This document shows, in pieces, positions 10,871-23,447 of a stretch of 64,000 bases of DNA. The DNA is from Centroscyllium fabricii (Eukaryota): the NCBI GenBank assembly GCA_051313645.2, contig JBNRSN020000003.1, forward strand, positions 530,038,001 through 530,102,000, written 5' to 3'. Position 1 is the first letter of the stretch. Each line of letters starts with the position of its first letter. Under the pieces are notes generated by a model. It saw only the letters and a list, made by a program, of their open reading frames with translations, did not search any database and was not told where the DNA came from. A program made the position numbers and the translations under genes.

Positions 10871-12359
10871 TTAAATGGAGGATCATTGTAATGCAGGTTT
10901 GATTTTTGCTAGGAAGGGAGAAAATCCTATGCATCTTCAAAGCAGCACTGCCACAGATGGCACGTAACCTAGACAGTCAGGGAGAAAAAAAGTGAGAAAA
11001 ACATTAAGGGTTAAATACCAAAAAGGGTGTGTGAGGGGGGGGGTGGGAAGCAAAGTGCACTGTATCCTTTCTGTATTGGAATGCAGAAACAATAAATGGC
11101 AATTTAAATGATGAGTAATAAAGTAAGGAGGACCTGATGGTGACTGGTCTTTTACCACAAGGCCCTGGGTTCAACTTCAGTTCAGACTGATGGGATGAAA
11201 GTTTCTTTAGTAAAGGACTTGGGTAAAATCAGTTTGGTCAGTTACAAAACCGTTCCAATTGGGCATGGACCCATAGCTCAAAACGGCCTCTAATTTTGCA
11301 TTAAATGGCAATATCCCAGATCGGACCAAATGGACGATTTGGCAGATGTGAATGTTGCACTGGTGCAATAAGGGGTGTTGTGAGGTTGGAGCGGAGGCAC
11401 ATTGTTGGGGCAGAGTAGAAGTAGCTTTGCTCTGCAGTGAACCGTGCAATGCCCAAGAGCAGTGCTTGCTGTTGACACTAGCTAGCCAAAACAGAAAGTA
11501 TTCCATTCCCCAGCAGTAAGATGGGGTGAAATGTCTCCTGTCCATTTTTTTTAACGCAATCCAGTCACATCAACGATTTCACTTCATGAGTACAAAAAAT
11601 CAACAAAAGTTAATTAAGATGTAAAGTTCCCTTTAAAAAAAATCATAGGTGTAGAGAAAAGCAAAGTAACATCTGTTTACAAGCAAAAAGCTTTTGTGTG
11701 GTGTTTTTCTATCTTATCTTGCATTTTTTCACTTAGGCGTGTGACTGCCAGGATGATGGTAGGTGAACTTTACTAGAGGGACCTTGGTCGTTTTTTCTTT
11801 ACCAATTCCTTTGTTCCCATGTCACTCTCCAGCAATGCTAAGTATTTTGTGCAACTTTCTAATTTAACCCTCGATTGTTTTGTTTACCAATGGAAGCTTA
11901 CCAGCTCAAAACTACTCGGCCACTTCCACTTAAAACAATTACCCAGATGTTAATCTTTACCACTGACCTGTGCTAATTCAATAAACATACTTGCCAAGCA
12001 AAGAAAGAAAACAATATTGTACAAATGAGAGTTTAACTTCTCCATTCAAAGAGTTTTCCCACTGTCAAAAAAGGATTGCATACATCATTTTTAATCGATG
12101 GAACTGTCAAATCGTTGCTTAGCCCATTCAAAGATCTTCAGCCTGAATGCCACCAACTTTATGCAGCCTACTATAATATGCTGCCTTGTTTCCAAATTAC
12201 AGCAAATATCTTGTTTAACTACTTTAGTTATTGATTTTTCACACATGGTGTTGACAGTTTAGGAGTTCCAGTGCGGGCAAATTGCAGTGCCACCCCTGGC
12301 AGGAGGGTGCAATTACAGTATGGCAAGCTTACAGTGGCATTTTCCATTTTATGTGGATA

Positions 12360-13033
12360 CAGGTTGTGCACCCAAAATCCGTGACCCGAAACGCCGGCAG
12401 CTTCAGTCTGCCAGCACAAATTGCCCCGACTGCACTGCGCATGCGCAAGATGGCAGCCACCATCGCGGCTTCGGCGAATGATCTGTGCATGCGCCGCTGA
12501 ATGGCGAGCGCATGCGCAGATCATTCAAAACGGCTGCCGGGTGTTTTGAATGATCTGCGCATGCGTCGCCGGACGGCTAGCGCATGCGCAGATCATTCAA
12601 TACGGTTATTTTCTCGACAGCTGAGCCCCTTGACTGAGGCGGACAGTCACCAGGCAGCAGCTGTCAGCCCGAGTCCGGCTCGGCGGCAGCAGCAACCCCA
12701 ACGGTGATGGAGAAGGAAGGCGGACCTACTGGGCCCGACCCGCGCCCGCACAACCCTCCTTCCCCCCCCTGCAAGACCGGCCTTTCACTGCTGCCCGACA
12801 GCCCTAAAAGCCAAACGGAACGCCACAAAAGCCTGAGCCCCTCAAAAAACTTCGCGGCGGCCATTATTGGATGATCTGCGCATGCGCGTGCCAGCCAATC
12901 TCAATGATGTGCGCATGCGCGCGGCCATTTTGAATGGTGCGCATGCGCATTGTCCAACTTCATTCTCCCGGTTTTTTCACTTTCCCGGCATGGGCCTGGT
13001 CCCGCCCGTGCCGGATTAATGGTGCACAACCTG
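12360..13033. mobile_element. Tc1/mariner-type MITE
   Basis: 13-bp perfect TIR CAGGTTGTGCACC, TA on both flanks, many GCGCATGCGC palindromes. Inverted copy at 26864-27476. Confidence 0.88.
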
Positions 13034-13217
13034 TACTTGAATTTACAACAGAAATATAAAAACACGGACAGATGATGATTTAAAGATGATGACTGAATTA
13101 CAACAATGCACCCTGGTCCAATTACCTCCCTACCCTATAACCCCACTTGGTCTTGACTCCCTGTGTGCAACACCACAGGAGGTCGTCTAGTATACATTTA
13201 ATTTTATTGACCTAGAT

Positions 13218-13622
13218 CAGCGGTCTCCAACCGCCGGTCCGCGGACCGGCTCCGGGACGCGGGACAGTTTTACCGGTCCGCGGACGGTTCTGAGAATCCG
13301 CGCATGCGCCGAATCAACGACCTTGCCGCGGACCGTCGGCTAATGATCGGCGCATGCACCGCCTCAGACCCAGCCGCTGGCAACTGAAGGAATTCCAGCG
13401 CCAGGGTATGTGAATCGTCGCTAGCAGGTCAGTGTTTTTAACCCGCCAGCCTAGAAAATCTCCGTCAGAACCCCCCCCCCCCCCCCCCCGCTGAGGCTAA
13501 AAATCTCCGTCTGCCCCCCCCGGCTGAGGCTAAAAAGCTCTGATCAGAACCCCCCCACCGGTCCGCGAAGAAATTGACAACCCCAAAACGGGCCGCGAAC
13601 CGAAAAGGGTTGGGGACCACTG
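13218..13622. mobile_element. hAT (Charlie-like) MITE
   Basis: TIR CAGYGGTCYCCAACC and perfect 8-bp TSD ACCTAGAT (13210-13217, 13623-13630). Confidence 0.9.
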
Positions 13623-14529
13623 ACCTAGATGAGTCATCAAACAATCTGAATGTCAAAATTAAATTCCAACTAACTTGACATCCTTTAAAATTTTGTCTGT
13701 GCCAATTCTGTGGACATCTTTATTTAAACAATGAACGTTGATAACAGATGGGGAACTGGCTAGAAGTTACTGAACCCAACAGGGAGCTGACTTTGCACAC
13801 AGCTGGATAAATGTGGGTTAACTGAATATTCTTGGATAGGCTTTATTATGACCTAGTCCTCAGCATATTTGTGGAGACCCCGCCCCTGAACTATAAACAA
13901 TTTTTTTAAATAGCTAATGCGAGACCAGGGCTGTCCCCTTTTATCATGTTTCAAAGGCTACAGAGCAAGTTAGCAATAGGATTAGACAAAATAAAGATTT
14001 ACAACACTTTGAGATTAGAAAATAGTGAATCAAGACTGAATTTCCAACATGTTGGGGCCTCTATCTCAACTGGGCTATCATGGGATTCCTACATGGAATG
14101 AGAAAAATCTAAGGGTGAGTCAACCCACATCATTTGACTAATTCTAAGGCTACCACATGAAGAGGTTTGCTGACAGTACATTATGTGTACCCAGGGAAAG
14201 GGTTCAAGTCAACTACCAATACTATTATTATTACTACTTCAATAACTACAATTACAATCGTGGTTAAATAATGTCTTTAATGTAGAAAAATGTCCGGAGG
14301 TGCAGCATGGAGATGCGAGCAAACATTTAAATTGAAGACTGAGCAAAGAAAATTGAGAAAAATAATTTAAAAATCTAAGCCAGTGATCTTTTACCAACAT
14401 TTCCTGGGTTTATTGCAGGCACATAAAGCTATGCTCAGTTAAAGATCAATTATACAAATACCCAGCCCTCTAAATAGCCAAAAGACGGCACCTCCGACAG
14501 TGCAGCACTCCCTCAGCATTGCACTGCAG

Positions 14530-14970
14530 TGTCAGCTGTGGCCCAGGGTGTAGCACACTCGTCTTAAGTCAGAAGGTTGTGGGTTCAAGTCCCACTCCAG
14601 GCCACAAGCTAGGCTGAAACTCCAGTGCAGTGCTGCACTGTCGGAGGTGTCGTCTTTCGGATGAGACGTTAAACCGAGGCCCCGTCTGCTGTCTCAGATG
14701 CATGTAAACGATCCCAGGGCACTATTTCGAAGAAGAGCAGGGGAGTTCTCCCCAGTGTCCTGGTTAATATTTATCCCTCAACCAACATAACAAGAACAGA
14801 TTATCTGGTCATTATCACATTGCTGTTTGTGGGAGCTTGCTGTGCGCAAATTGCCTGCCGCGTTTCCCACATTACAACAGTGACTACACTCCAAAAATAC
14901 GGGGCTGTAAAACACTTTGAGACGTCCGGTGGTCATGAAAGGCGCTATATAAATGCAAGCCTCTCTTTCT
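14530..14970 (+). mobile_element. Deu-domain SINE
   Basis: Same head and core as 10450-10870, ending TATATAAATGCAAG. A short inverted fragment of the same SINE lies at about 14480-14535. Confidence 0.75.
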
Positions 14971-15281
14971 TTTTCTATGAAGCAGTGCATTGAAACCTGG
15001 AATTTAGTTATGCAAGAATAATCTTAGCAATTGTAATATGCCCCAATTGATAAGTTATTTCCTCTTGTCTTAAATTTATTTCCACCAGCTTACCATTTCT
15101 TGCAAAGAATGCACTGGTGCCCTACTTACGCATCTTTCATCTCAATCTTTGTATAAGCCCAGAAGGGCAGAGAGACTTACGATCAAATCTCCCCGCTCCT
15201 GTCTGCAGGGAAGCACCTTGGGGCTTTTCCCAACTGGGCAAGTATGGGTGCTCATGGTATGGTGAAAATACAAGACATGGG

Positions 15282-18200
15282 TGTGGTAACCCATATTGTG
15301 TATACGTCACCACTGTAATATTGTCGCCAATATTGGCTTTGTATGTTACATCGCTTTGCAACACTGTCGTGGAGCCAGGTCAGCCACACCTCTAACTCCT
15401 CCCCCAGGTGAGGCCCTTTATAGGTGAGGACTGACCAGGCTCCCTCATTCTGTTCTGGATGTTCGATCGGAGGGTAGCTCCAAAGTTAGTTAATAAAAGC
15501 CTATAGTTAAGGTCACTACTCGTTTAGTCTTTTATTAAGAGAATTGACGATACGTCAATTTTATTAACTAAGAAAATTTGAAATGGAGAGCGGTGCGGTA
15601 AAGCCAGAGAAGCTGGACACCAGTCCACAGGACCCAGCCGCCGCCACCACGTTCGAACACTGGTTCGGTCTCCTGGAGGCCTATATGGACGCCGCCAAGG
15701 CTACAACCGACGGGAACAAATTGCAGGTTCTCCGGTCTAGGATCTCCAGCCGAGTATTCTCCCTCATCATAGATGCCAAAACCTACCCAGCGGCAGTGGA
15801 AAAACTGCGGAAATGCTACGAGCGCCCGGTCCACACCAGACATGTGCTCGCGACCAGACCGCAACTACCGGGTGAGACAAATGAACAATTTGAACAAGCA
15901 CTCCAAGCCCTGGTACGGGTCTGTGGCTGCCAAGCACGGACAGCAGAGGAAGAGGCGAATCTCCTCGTCCGTGATACATACATAACAGGCCTGAGGTGTG
16001 TGGAAGCCCGCCAGCGGCTGCTCGAAAAAGACTCTGACTCTAGAGGAGGCGATCTCCATATCTAACTCTGTAGAGGGGGCACGCAACAAGCTGCTGGCGG
16101 ACAGCGGCACAAACCCGCAGGTCTACGACGCGTGGGCCGCGCCACAACGGGCCCAGGCCTGGGCAGCACCACAACGGGTCGAGACCCCCACGATGGCTGC
16201 GACAGCCGCAAAGGACAAACGATGCTACTTCTGCAGTCAGGGACTGCATCCACGAGCGAGATGCCCAGCGAGGACCGCGACCTGTGAGAGGTGCTCCAAA
16301 AGGGGACACTACGCGAAGGCCTGCAGATCTGCACCAGCAGCGCCCAACTCCAGGTTCAACAGCGCAGCCTGTGAAAGCTCCGCCAGGACTCAGGTAAGCT
16401 GCAATAGCAGCGCGATCCAGCGACGGTCCGGGGGTAGAAGAAAAGCGCCCCCATCTCCCACCCTGATGCGGCAAAGGCCGGCTGCACCCACGGCACGCCA
16501 AGCTCAGCCACGGCCGGCCAAGCGCGACCCCCCAACGCCAGCGGCAGACCCAGCGTGGCCCGCTGCATGCGAATCAAGGGCACCGCCAACCCAACCACCG
16601 CGGCTCGCTGCGACGAACCACGGGCACCACCAACCCAGTCACCGCGGCCCGCTGCGTGCGAACCACGGGCGCCGCCAGCGCACTCACAGCGGTCAGCCGC
16701 GTGCGAACCATGGGTGCCGCCATCTTGTCTCCAGCGGCCCACCATGTGCGACCCCTCGGCGCCGCCATCTTGTCTCCAGCAGCCCGCCATGTGCGAGCCA
16801 TGGGCGCCGCCATTTTGTGTACAGCCCCAACAAGCAGGGGGCCCCCACACACAAAGGCACACTTCGGCCTCAGCCATACCCAAAGTGGACCAGGCTAGGC
16901 CACACAACCTATCAAACTCGATCATGCCGATCAAAATTAACGGCCATATTACCAATTGCCTGTTCGACACTGGAAGCACAGAGAGTTTTGTACACCCCGA
17001 TACAGCGCAGCGCTGCGGACTGCAGATCCTGCCCACGCGCTACCAAGTCTCCCTTGCTTCACAGTCCCACACCGCGGACGTCACCGGCTACTGCTCCGTC
17101 ACGCTCACAGTCAAGGGTTGCGTGTACCGTAATTTTAAATTGTACACCCTCAAGCAGTTGTGTGCCCCAGCCTCACTAGGTCTGGATTTCCAGTGCCACC
17201 TCAAGAGCGTGACAATGGAGTTCGGTGGGACCTTGCCCCCCCTCACCGTCAGTAGCCGGGACAGTCCCTTCCCAAAGCGGAGCCCGGCCTGCGGCCTCTC
17301 CACCCTGAAAATCGACCCCCCCTCACTGTTCTCCAACCTTGACCCTAACTGCAAACCAATTGCTACCAAGAGTCGGCGGTACAGTGTGGGGGATCGCACG
17401 TTTATCAGGTCGGAGGTCGGGCGTATGCTAAAGGAGGGGATAATTGAAGCCAGCACCAGCCCCTGGCGGGCCCAGGTTGTTGTGGTTAAGACTGGCGAGA
17501 AACAGCGGCTGGTTATCGACTACAGCCAGACCATTAACCGCTACACCGGGCTCGACGCCTACCCCCTCCCCCGCATCTCGGACATGGTCAACCAGATCGC
17601 CCAATATAAGGTGTTCTCCACGATCGACCTTAAGTCGGCGTATCACCAACTCCCGATCCGGAAAGCCGACCGCCCGTACACCACCTTCGAGGCGAACGGT
17701 CGGCTCTACCACTTCCTCCGGGTCCCCTTCGGCGTGACCAACGAAGTGTCAGTGTTCCAACGGGAGATGGACCGCATGGTTGACCAGAACGAGTTGCGGG
17801 CCACCTTCCCTTACCTGGACAACGTGACCATCTGCGGCCATGACCAGCAGGACCACGATGCCAACCTGGCCAAATTCCTTGATACGGCGGAAAAGCTGGA
17901 CCTTACGTATAACAAGGACAAATGTGTCTTTAATACAGACCGGCTCACCATCCTCGGATACGTGGTGGAGAACGGGGTCCTCGGCCCCGACCCACAGCGT
18001 ATGCGCCCCCTACAAGAACTGCCCCTACCTCACAACCCCAAAGCCTTGAGGAGATGCCTAGGATTTTTCTCCTACTACGCACAATGGGTCCCACAGTTCG
18101 CGGACAAGGCTAGACCACTCCTCAAGGCTGCCGTCTTCCCCCTCTCGGTAGAAGCCCAAACGGCATTCCCCCGGATAAAGACATCATCAAAGCAACCATG

Positions 18201-20084
18201 CACGCTGTTGATGAAACCATTCCCTTCCAGGTGGAGAGCGACGCTTCGGACTTTGCCCTTGCTGCCACCCTGAATCAGGCAGGCAGGCCCGTAGCTTTCT
18301 TCTCCCGCACCCTACAGGGACCCGAAACTCGCCACTCTGCAGTGGAAAAGGAGGCCCAGGCCATCGTGGTGGCCGTGCGCTACTGGCGTCATTACCTGGC
18401 CGGTAAGCGTTTTACCCTGCTCACCGACCAGCGGTCAGTGGCGTTTATGTTTAACAATAAACAAAAGGGTAAGATCAAGAATGATAAGATCCTGCGGTGG
18501 CGGATCGAACTCTCGACTTACGAGTACGACATTCTTTACCGCCCAGGTAAACTCAATGAACCCCCGGACGCACTGTCCAGGGGAACGTGCGCCAGTGCCC
18601 AGCTAGACCGGCTGAAGGACCTCCATGACCGCCTTTGCCACCCGGGTGTCACCAGACTCGCCCACTTTGTTAGATCCCGTAGCCTCCCCTACTCCATCAC
18701 GGAGATCAAGGCTATGACCCGAGAGTGCCCTGTTTGCGCCGAGTGCAAACCCCAATTTTTCCGGCCAGACACGGTGCACCTCATTAAGGCCACCCACCCC
18801 TTTGAACGTCTAAGCGTGGACTTCAAAGGCCCCCTCCCCACCACTGACCGCAACTCATACTTCCTCACGGTCGTAGATGAGTTCTCCCGCTTCCCCTTCG
18901 CTTTCCCCTGCGCAGATATGACGAGTGCAACGGTGATAAAACACTTCACCACGCTGTTCGCCATTTTTGGTCTCCCCAGCTACATCCATAGCGACCGGGG
19001 GTCATCGTTCATGAGCGATGAACTGCGTCAGTTTCTGCTCCAGAAAGGGGTTGCCACGAGCAGAACGACCAGTTATAACCCCCGGGGGAACGGCCAGGTA
19101 GAAAGGGAGAATGGGATCATCTGGAAGGCGGTCACCCTGGTTCTGAAGTCCAGAGGCCTTCCAGTGGCCCATTGGCAGGCAGTCCTCCCAGACGCGCTGC
19201 ATTCAATACGCTCTCTCCTGTGTACGGCCACTAACGCCACCCCTCATGACTTGATTTTTTCCTTTCCCAGGAAGTCGACTTCGGGGACAGCTCTTCCTCC
19301 ATGGCTCACGACACCGGGGCCGGTCTTCCTTAGAAGACACGTCCGTGGCCACAAGACCGACCCCCTGGTGGACAAGGTGCAGCTCCTGCATGCGAATCCT
19401 CAACATGCATACGTGCAGTTCCCGGACGGGCGCGAGGACACCGTCTCCATCAGGGACCTGGCTCCCGCAGGGAGCACCACAGCAGAGCCCCTGGTCGGGC
19501 AGCAGCCCGCCCAGCCACAGTATCTAGAACACCCCCTGCATCTACAGTGGCCTCCGAGGTATCCAGAGCCCCAGCCGTGGCCAGCCCAAGACCACCATTC
19601 CGATGGCTCGGACCAGTTGAGACCACCAGCATCCGAAATTTCGGCACCAGAGTCACTGTCACCACCACCGGACTCGAGCAGGACGGAACACGACTAACTT
19701 TTACCGGAGCCCCGGCGGTCCTCCAGACAGACATGACCGCCGGACAAGCTCATAATGAACTGCTCTGTCCATTCACCCCGCCGGACTTAAATTTTCAAGA
19801 AGGGGTGAATGTGGTAACCATATTGTGTATACGTCACCACTGTAATATTGTCGCCAATATTGGCTTTGTATATCACTCCACTTTGTAATACTGTCGTGGA
19901 GCCAGGTCAGCCACGCCTCTAACTCCTCCCCCAGGTGAGGCCCTTTATAGGTGAGGACTGACCAGGCTCCCTCATTCTGTTCTGGATGTTCGATCGGAGG
20001 GTAGCTCCAAAGTTAGTTAATAAAAGCCTATAGTTAAGGTCACTACTCGTTTAGTCTTTTATTAAGAGAATTGACGTTACGTCA
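15282..20084 (+). mobile_element. Gypsy/Ty3 LTR retrotransposon, full length; LTRs 15282-15557 and 19810-20084
   Basis: TG...CA LTRs, 5-bp TSD ATGGG, purine tract before the 3' LTR, domain order gag-PR-RT-RH-IN. Confidence 0.97.
15583..19697 (+). pseudogene. Gypsy gag-pol (two CCHC knuckles, protease LFDTGS, RT YLDN, RNase H, HHCC-DDE integrase)
   Basis: Four overlapping ORF segments joined by frameshifts near 16035, 16540 and 18180. No chromodomain recognisable after the integrase. Confidence 0.93.
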
Positions 20085-20339
20085 ATGGGTCCATCTCATC
20101 ATTCTGTGGCACAGCAGTTGAAACACTACTGCATGCCACCACTGGCCAACCATCATAGTCAAGTCTTCTTAAAATGAACATATAGCAAACCTGGCAGTTG
20201 CAGAAAGATTTCAAAATTCTGTTTATGATAACAACCAACAAGGAAAGCAAAATTACTAACTGTCAGAAAGATTGGGAATTAAAAAAAATAAACCAGAATG
20301 AAATCCTGATTCATCGAGCACAAAAATCTAGGCCGACAA

Positions 20340-20680
20340 TCCAGGGCAGTACTGAGTGAATGCTGCACTGGCGGAGGTGCCGTCTTTCAGATGCAACATT
20401 AAACCGAGGCCCCGTCTGTCCTCTCAGGTGGATGTAAAAGATCCCATGGCACTATAATCGAAGAGCAGAGGAGTTAGCTCCGGTGTCCTGGCCAATCAAC
20501 ATCACTAAAGAAAATGATCTGGTCATTATCACAGTGTGGGAGCTTGTTGTGCGCAAATTAGCTGCCGCGTTTCTAACATAACAACAGTGGCTATACTTCA
20601 AAAGTACTTCATTGGCTGTAAAGCACTTTGGGACATCCTGAGGTCATGAAAGACACTATATAAATGTAAGTCTTTTTTTT
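20340..20680 (+). mobile_element. Deu-domain SINE, 5'-truncated
   Basis: Core and tail homologous to 14530-14970. Confidence 0.72.
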
Positions 20681-20748
20681 TCTAATCCTGAAAGTAATAT
20701 TTAAGAGTTGGTGAGCAGGGAGGAGGGAACAGAGAATTAAAACTTAAT

Positions 20749-21647
20749 GGGCCCTGTCTTCCTGTGGCCCGATTGGTGCGGGTGCGTGCAGATTTGCACC
20801 CGTACGAGATTTTTGTTTTTTTAATCTGCTGGACTTCGTGTGAAATCCCGTTTTTTTTTCGTGCGGAGGGGTCTGGTTTTTTTTGCTGCGTAGTGCTTGG
20901 TGCGCAGGACACGCCCCCTGAGGTCGGCTTTACGCCCGAACGAAAGTCAGAATTGGCCAGCGGGATGAAGATTACCAGGTAGGGAAGCACCTTTTCTTTG
21001 GTTTTTTTAAGTTTGTAGGAAGCTGTTTGTTTAAAGTTTCTGCCTTTTTTGCTGTTAGTTTTTTTTTTGCTCCAAGTAAAAAAAACAGGTTTAAAGGTAA
21101 TTTTTTAAAAATTCCTTTGGAGATATTTGTTTGTGGTCTTACAGGTTGTAAATGTGAAGGTTTTTATATATTTTGGTGATAGTGAAAAAAATCGGGGATT
21201 TGAACGCGATCTCTCCAGCTCTGAGAGCTCTCAGAGTTCTCAACATCGCGTTCAAATTGCCGATTTTTTTCACTATCACCAAAATATATAAAAACCTTCA
21301 CATTTACAACCTGTAAGACCACAAACAAATATCTCCAAAGGAATTTTTTTAAAATTACCTTTAAACCTGTTTTTTTCACTTCTCAAACCTGCCTGAAGCG
21401 TCTTACGACTCCTTTTTACATGGGCAGAAAAATGGAGGCTTCCCCACGTTGTACACCTGAATATTGAGCAGCTGACTACAGGAAGTCTGCAGCTCAAAAT
21501 GCTTCCTGGGGAGGAAGCTGAAGCCCCTTGCCCATCAGCACAGGAAGTTCACGTTTCTGGTAAGCACCTGAGCTGCCTCCCCACGAAGCATTTCTGACCC
21601 CCCTTCGTGGGGAGGCAGCTCTTCTGGAGCACAGGAAGACAGGGCCC
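20749..21647. mobile_element. Harbinger-like MITE containing a long central palindrome
   Basis: 18-bp perfect TIR GGGCCCTGTCTTCCTGTG. Superfamily inferred from the GGGCC terminus only. Confidence 0.8.
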
Positions 21648-21728
21648 ATTATTTTACAGCTGTGTCATTTTGTGAAAGTGTACTAATGATAATTACTAGA
21701 TTCAATTTGTTCCAAAGTAGTTATTTAC

Positions 21729-21929
21729 CTTGCATCTAAAATGCCTTCATATTCTGCCAGCTGCCTCATGAACCCTGCATTTGGCTGTGCAACACTCCGT
21801 TTCTCCTTCACATATTTGTAGGCTCTCTCGAGTGACCACCTATATTCCTTCATTGCGTATGCAATGACTGTTGACGCAGACCGGCTAACACCCATTTTGC
21901 AATGTACCAGACACTTGGAGCGATTTTTC
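21729..21929 (-). CDS. SSH1: Slingshot catalytic exon (201 nt; VHCKMGVSRS active-site loop)
   Basis: KNRSKCLVHCKMGVSRSASTVIAYAMKE...QLAEYEGILDA; AG/GT boundaries. Confidence 0.97.
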
Positions 21930-23447
21930 CTAAACATAGAGAAAGATTAGTTTAAACAGCAGCTAAAAAAAGTTGCATCCTTTTCTGAAAAACTACAGAA
22001 GGCCTAGAATGAAAGTCAATGTACTGAAAGTGTCAAACAGAAAAGTAATGAGTGATCAGAATCATTACATAACATTACATAAGTGTTGGTCCTTTTCGGA
22101 TCATTAATGTGCACCAAAGGCTGGCTTCAGCAATAGTTTGGAGTCTTGATTAATACCATCTTGGTTTCATTTTTAGAATATTCATCCAATATACTAATGC
22201 TAAATTAGTTAAAACTAAAAGAGAATATGAATCTAGAAAAAGCCTTTTGAGACCACTTAAGACCTACCTTCTAATGATCTCTAATTTATTCAGGAGGTAC
22301 ACAACCAGAAACAAAACCTCCAAGAGGTGAAACCACTGACACTTCTTCCTGACCTCAAAGGCAATCAAGAACTCCAGGATATTCACATTTACTAACACAA
22401 TAGGAACATAGAAACAGGAGTAGGCCATTCAGCCCCTCGAGCCTGTTCCGCCATTCAATGAGATCATGGTTGATCTGGATTCTAACTCCACATACCTTTG
22501 GCCCATATCTCTTCATACCTTTGGTCAACAATACTACAGTACACATGTATGCAGTCCTTACTGACTGCATTCCATAGAAGATATTTTCATGGTTCTAAGA
22601 AGAATGAGCCATAGTATTCTCATTAGATTGCCTATATCTGTACAGTTAGACTCCAATTATATGAGATGCAATTTGTCTCGAAAATCTGATAACTGGGACA
22701 AACCACAACCAGTTAAATGTGTTTGTGTGTAAAAGTTTTGTTAGTTTAACTGGACAGGATAATTGCATTGTCTAGACAAGCCATACTTCATGCATGACAC
22801 CCTCCCCCGCCACCCCAATTTCTCTCTAGGCTACAACTCTCAGTCCATTCGATCTAATATGTCCAATTACAATGGCCATCAAACAATGGGATAAATCAGG
22901 TCTACTCGGATGTCGCTTTAAGTGGTTTACACTGTACTTGCCTGTATCCATATCTTAGATTTTAAAACATTATATTTAGACAATTTATACAATGAATCCA
23001 CTCCATAGTTCAGGAAGCCCTCAAACACTTTCCCTCCTAGCTTTAGTATGAAGTCCATACCCACTATATTGTATTATCAAGAATCTATCAATGGCCTTTT
23101 TTGAACTCTTAAGCTAAAATTATTCACTGTGCCAAGTGGTAGTCTCAGAGTTAGAGTGAAGTTGTTACTCCTCAAGCCACCATGAGGACAAGGTATTCTC
23201 ACCTAATCATGTCATGGATCAGTAATCACGGCTCCTCAATGACCTATCAGCTAATGTTGTTTCAGATTCTGTAGTTATAGTATTCCCTGTACTAGATCAC
23301 TGATAGGTTCCGAATTAGCTTTAGCACACACACCAACAACTCAAGTTCACCAGATATTTTGATCCTGGTGGTTCAGCTACTGTAACCGAAAGATTATTTT
23401 TGCCATCATGGAAAAAGTGTTTACAGATCAGAATGTTATCTACCTAC

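Noticed and set aside
15998-17179. 393-aa ORF as a separate overlapping gene
   Set aside because: Its first half is Gag between two frameshifts, and the rest is off-frame read-through of GC-rich repeats. The sister element has Gag-PR-RT in one frame.
18170-18200. Programmed frameshift between RT and RNase H, since both Gypsy copies break near here
   Set aside because: The lesions differ: an apparent 4-nt loss near 18180 in one element and a 1-nt gain near 35865, about 12 codons earlier in the protein, in the other. Each element is in frame at the other's break.
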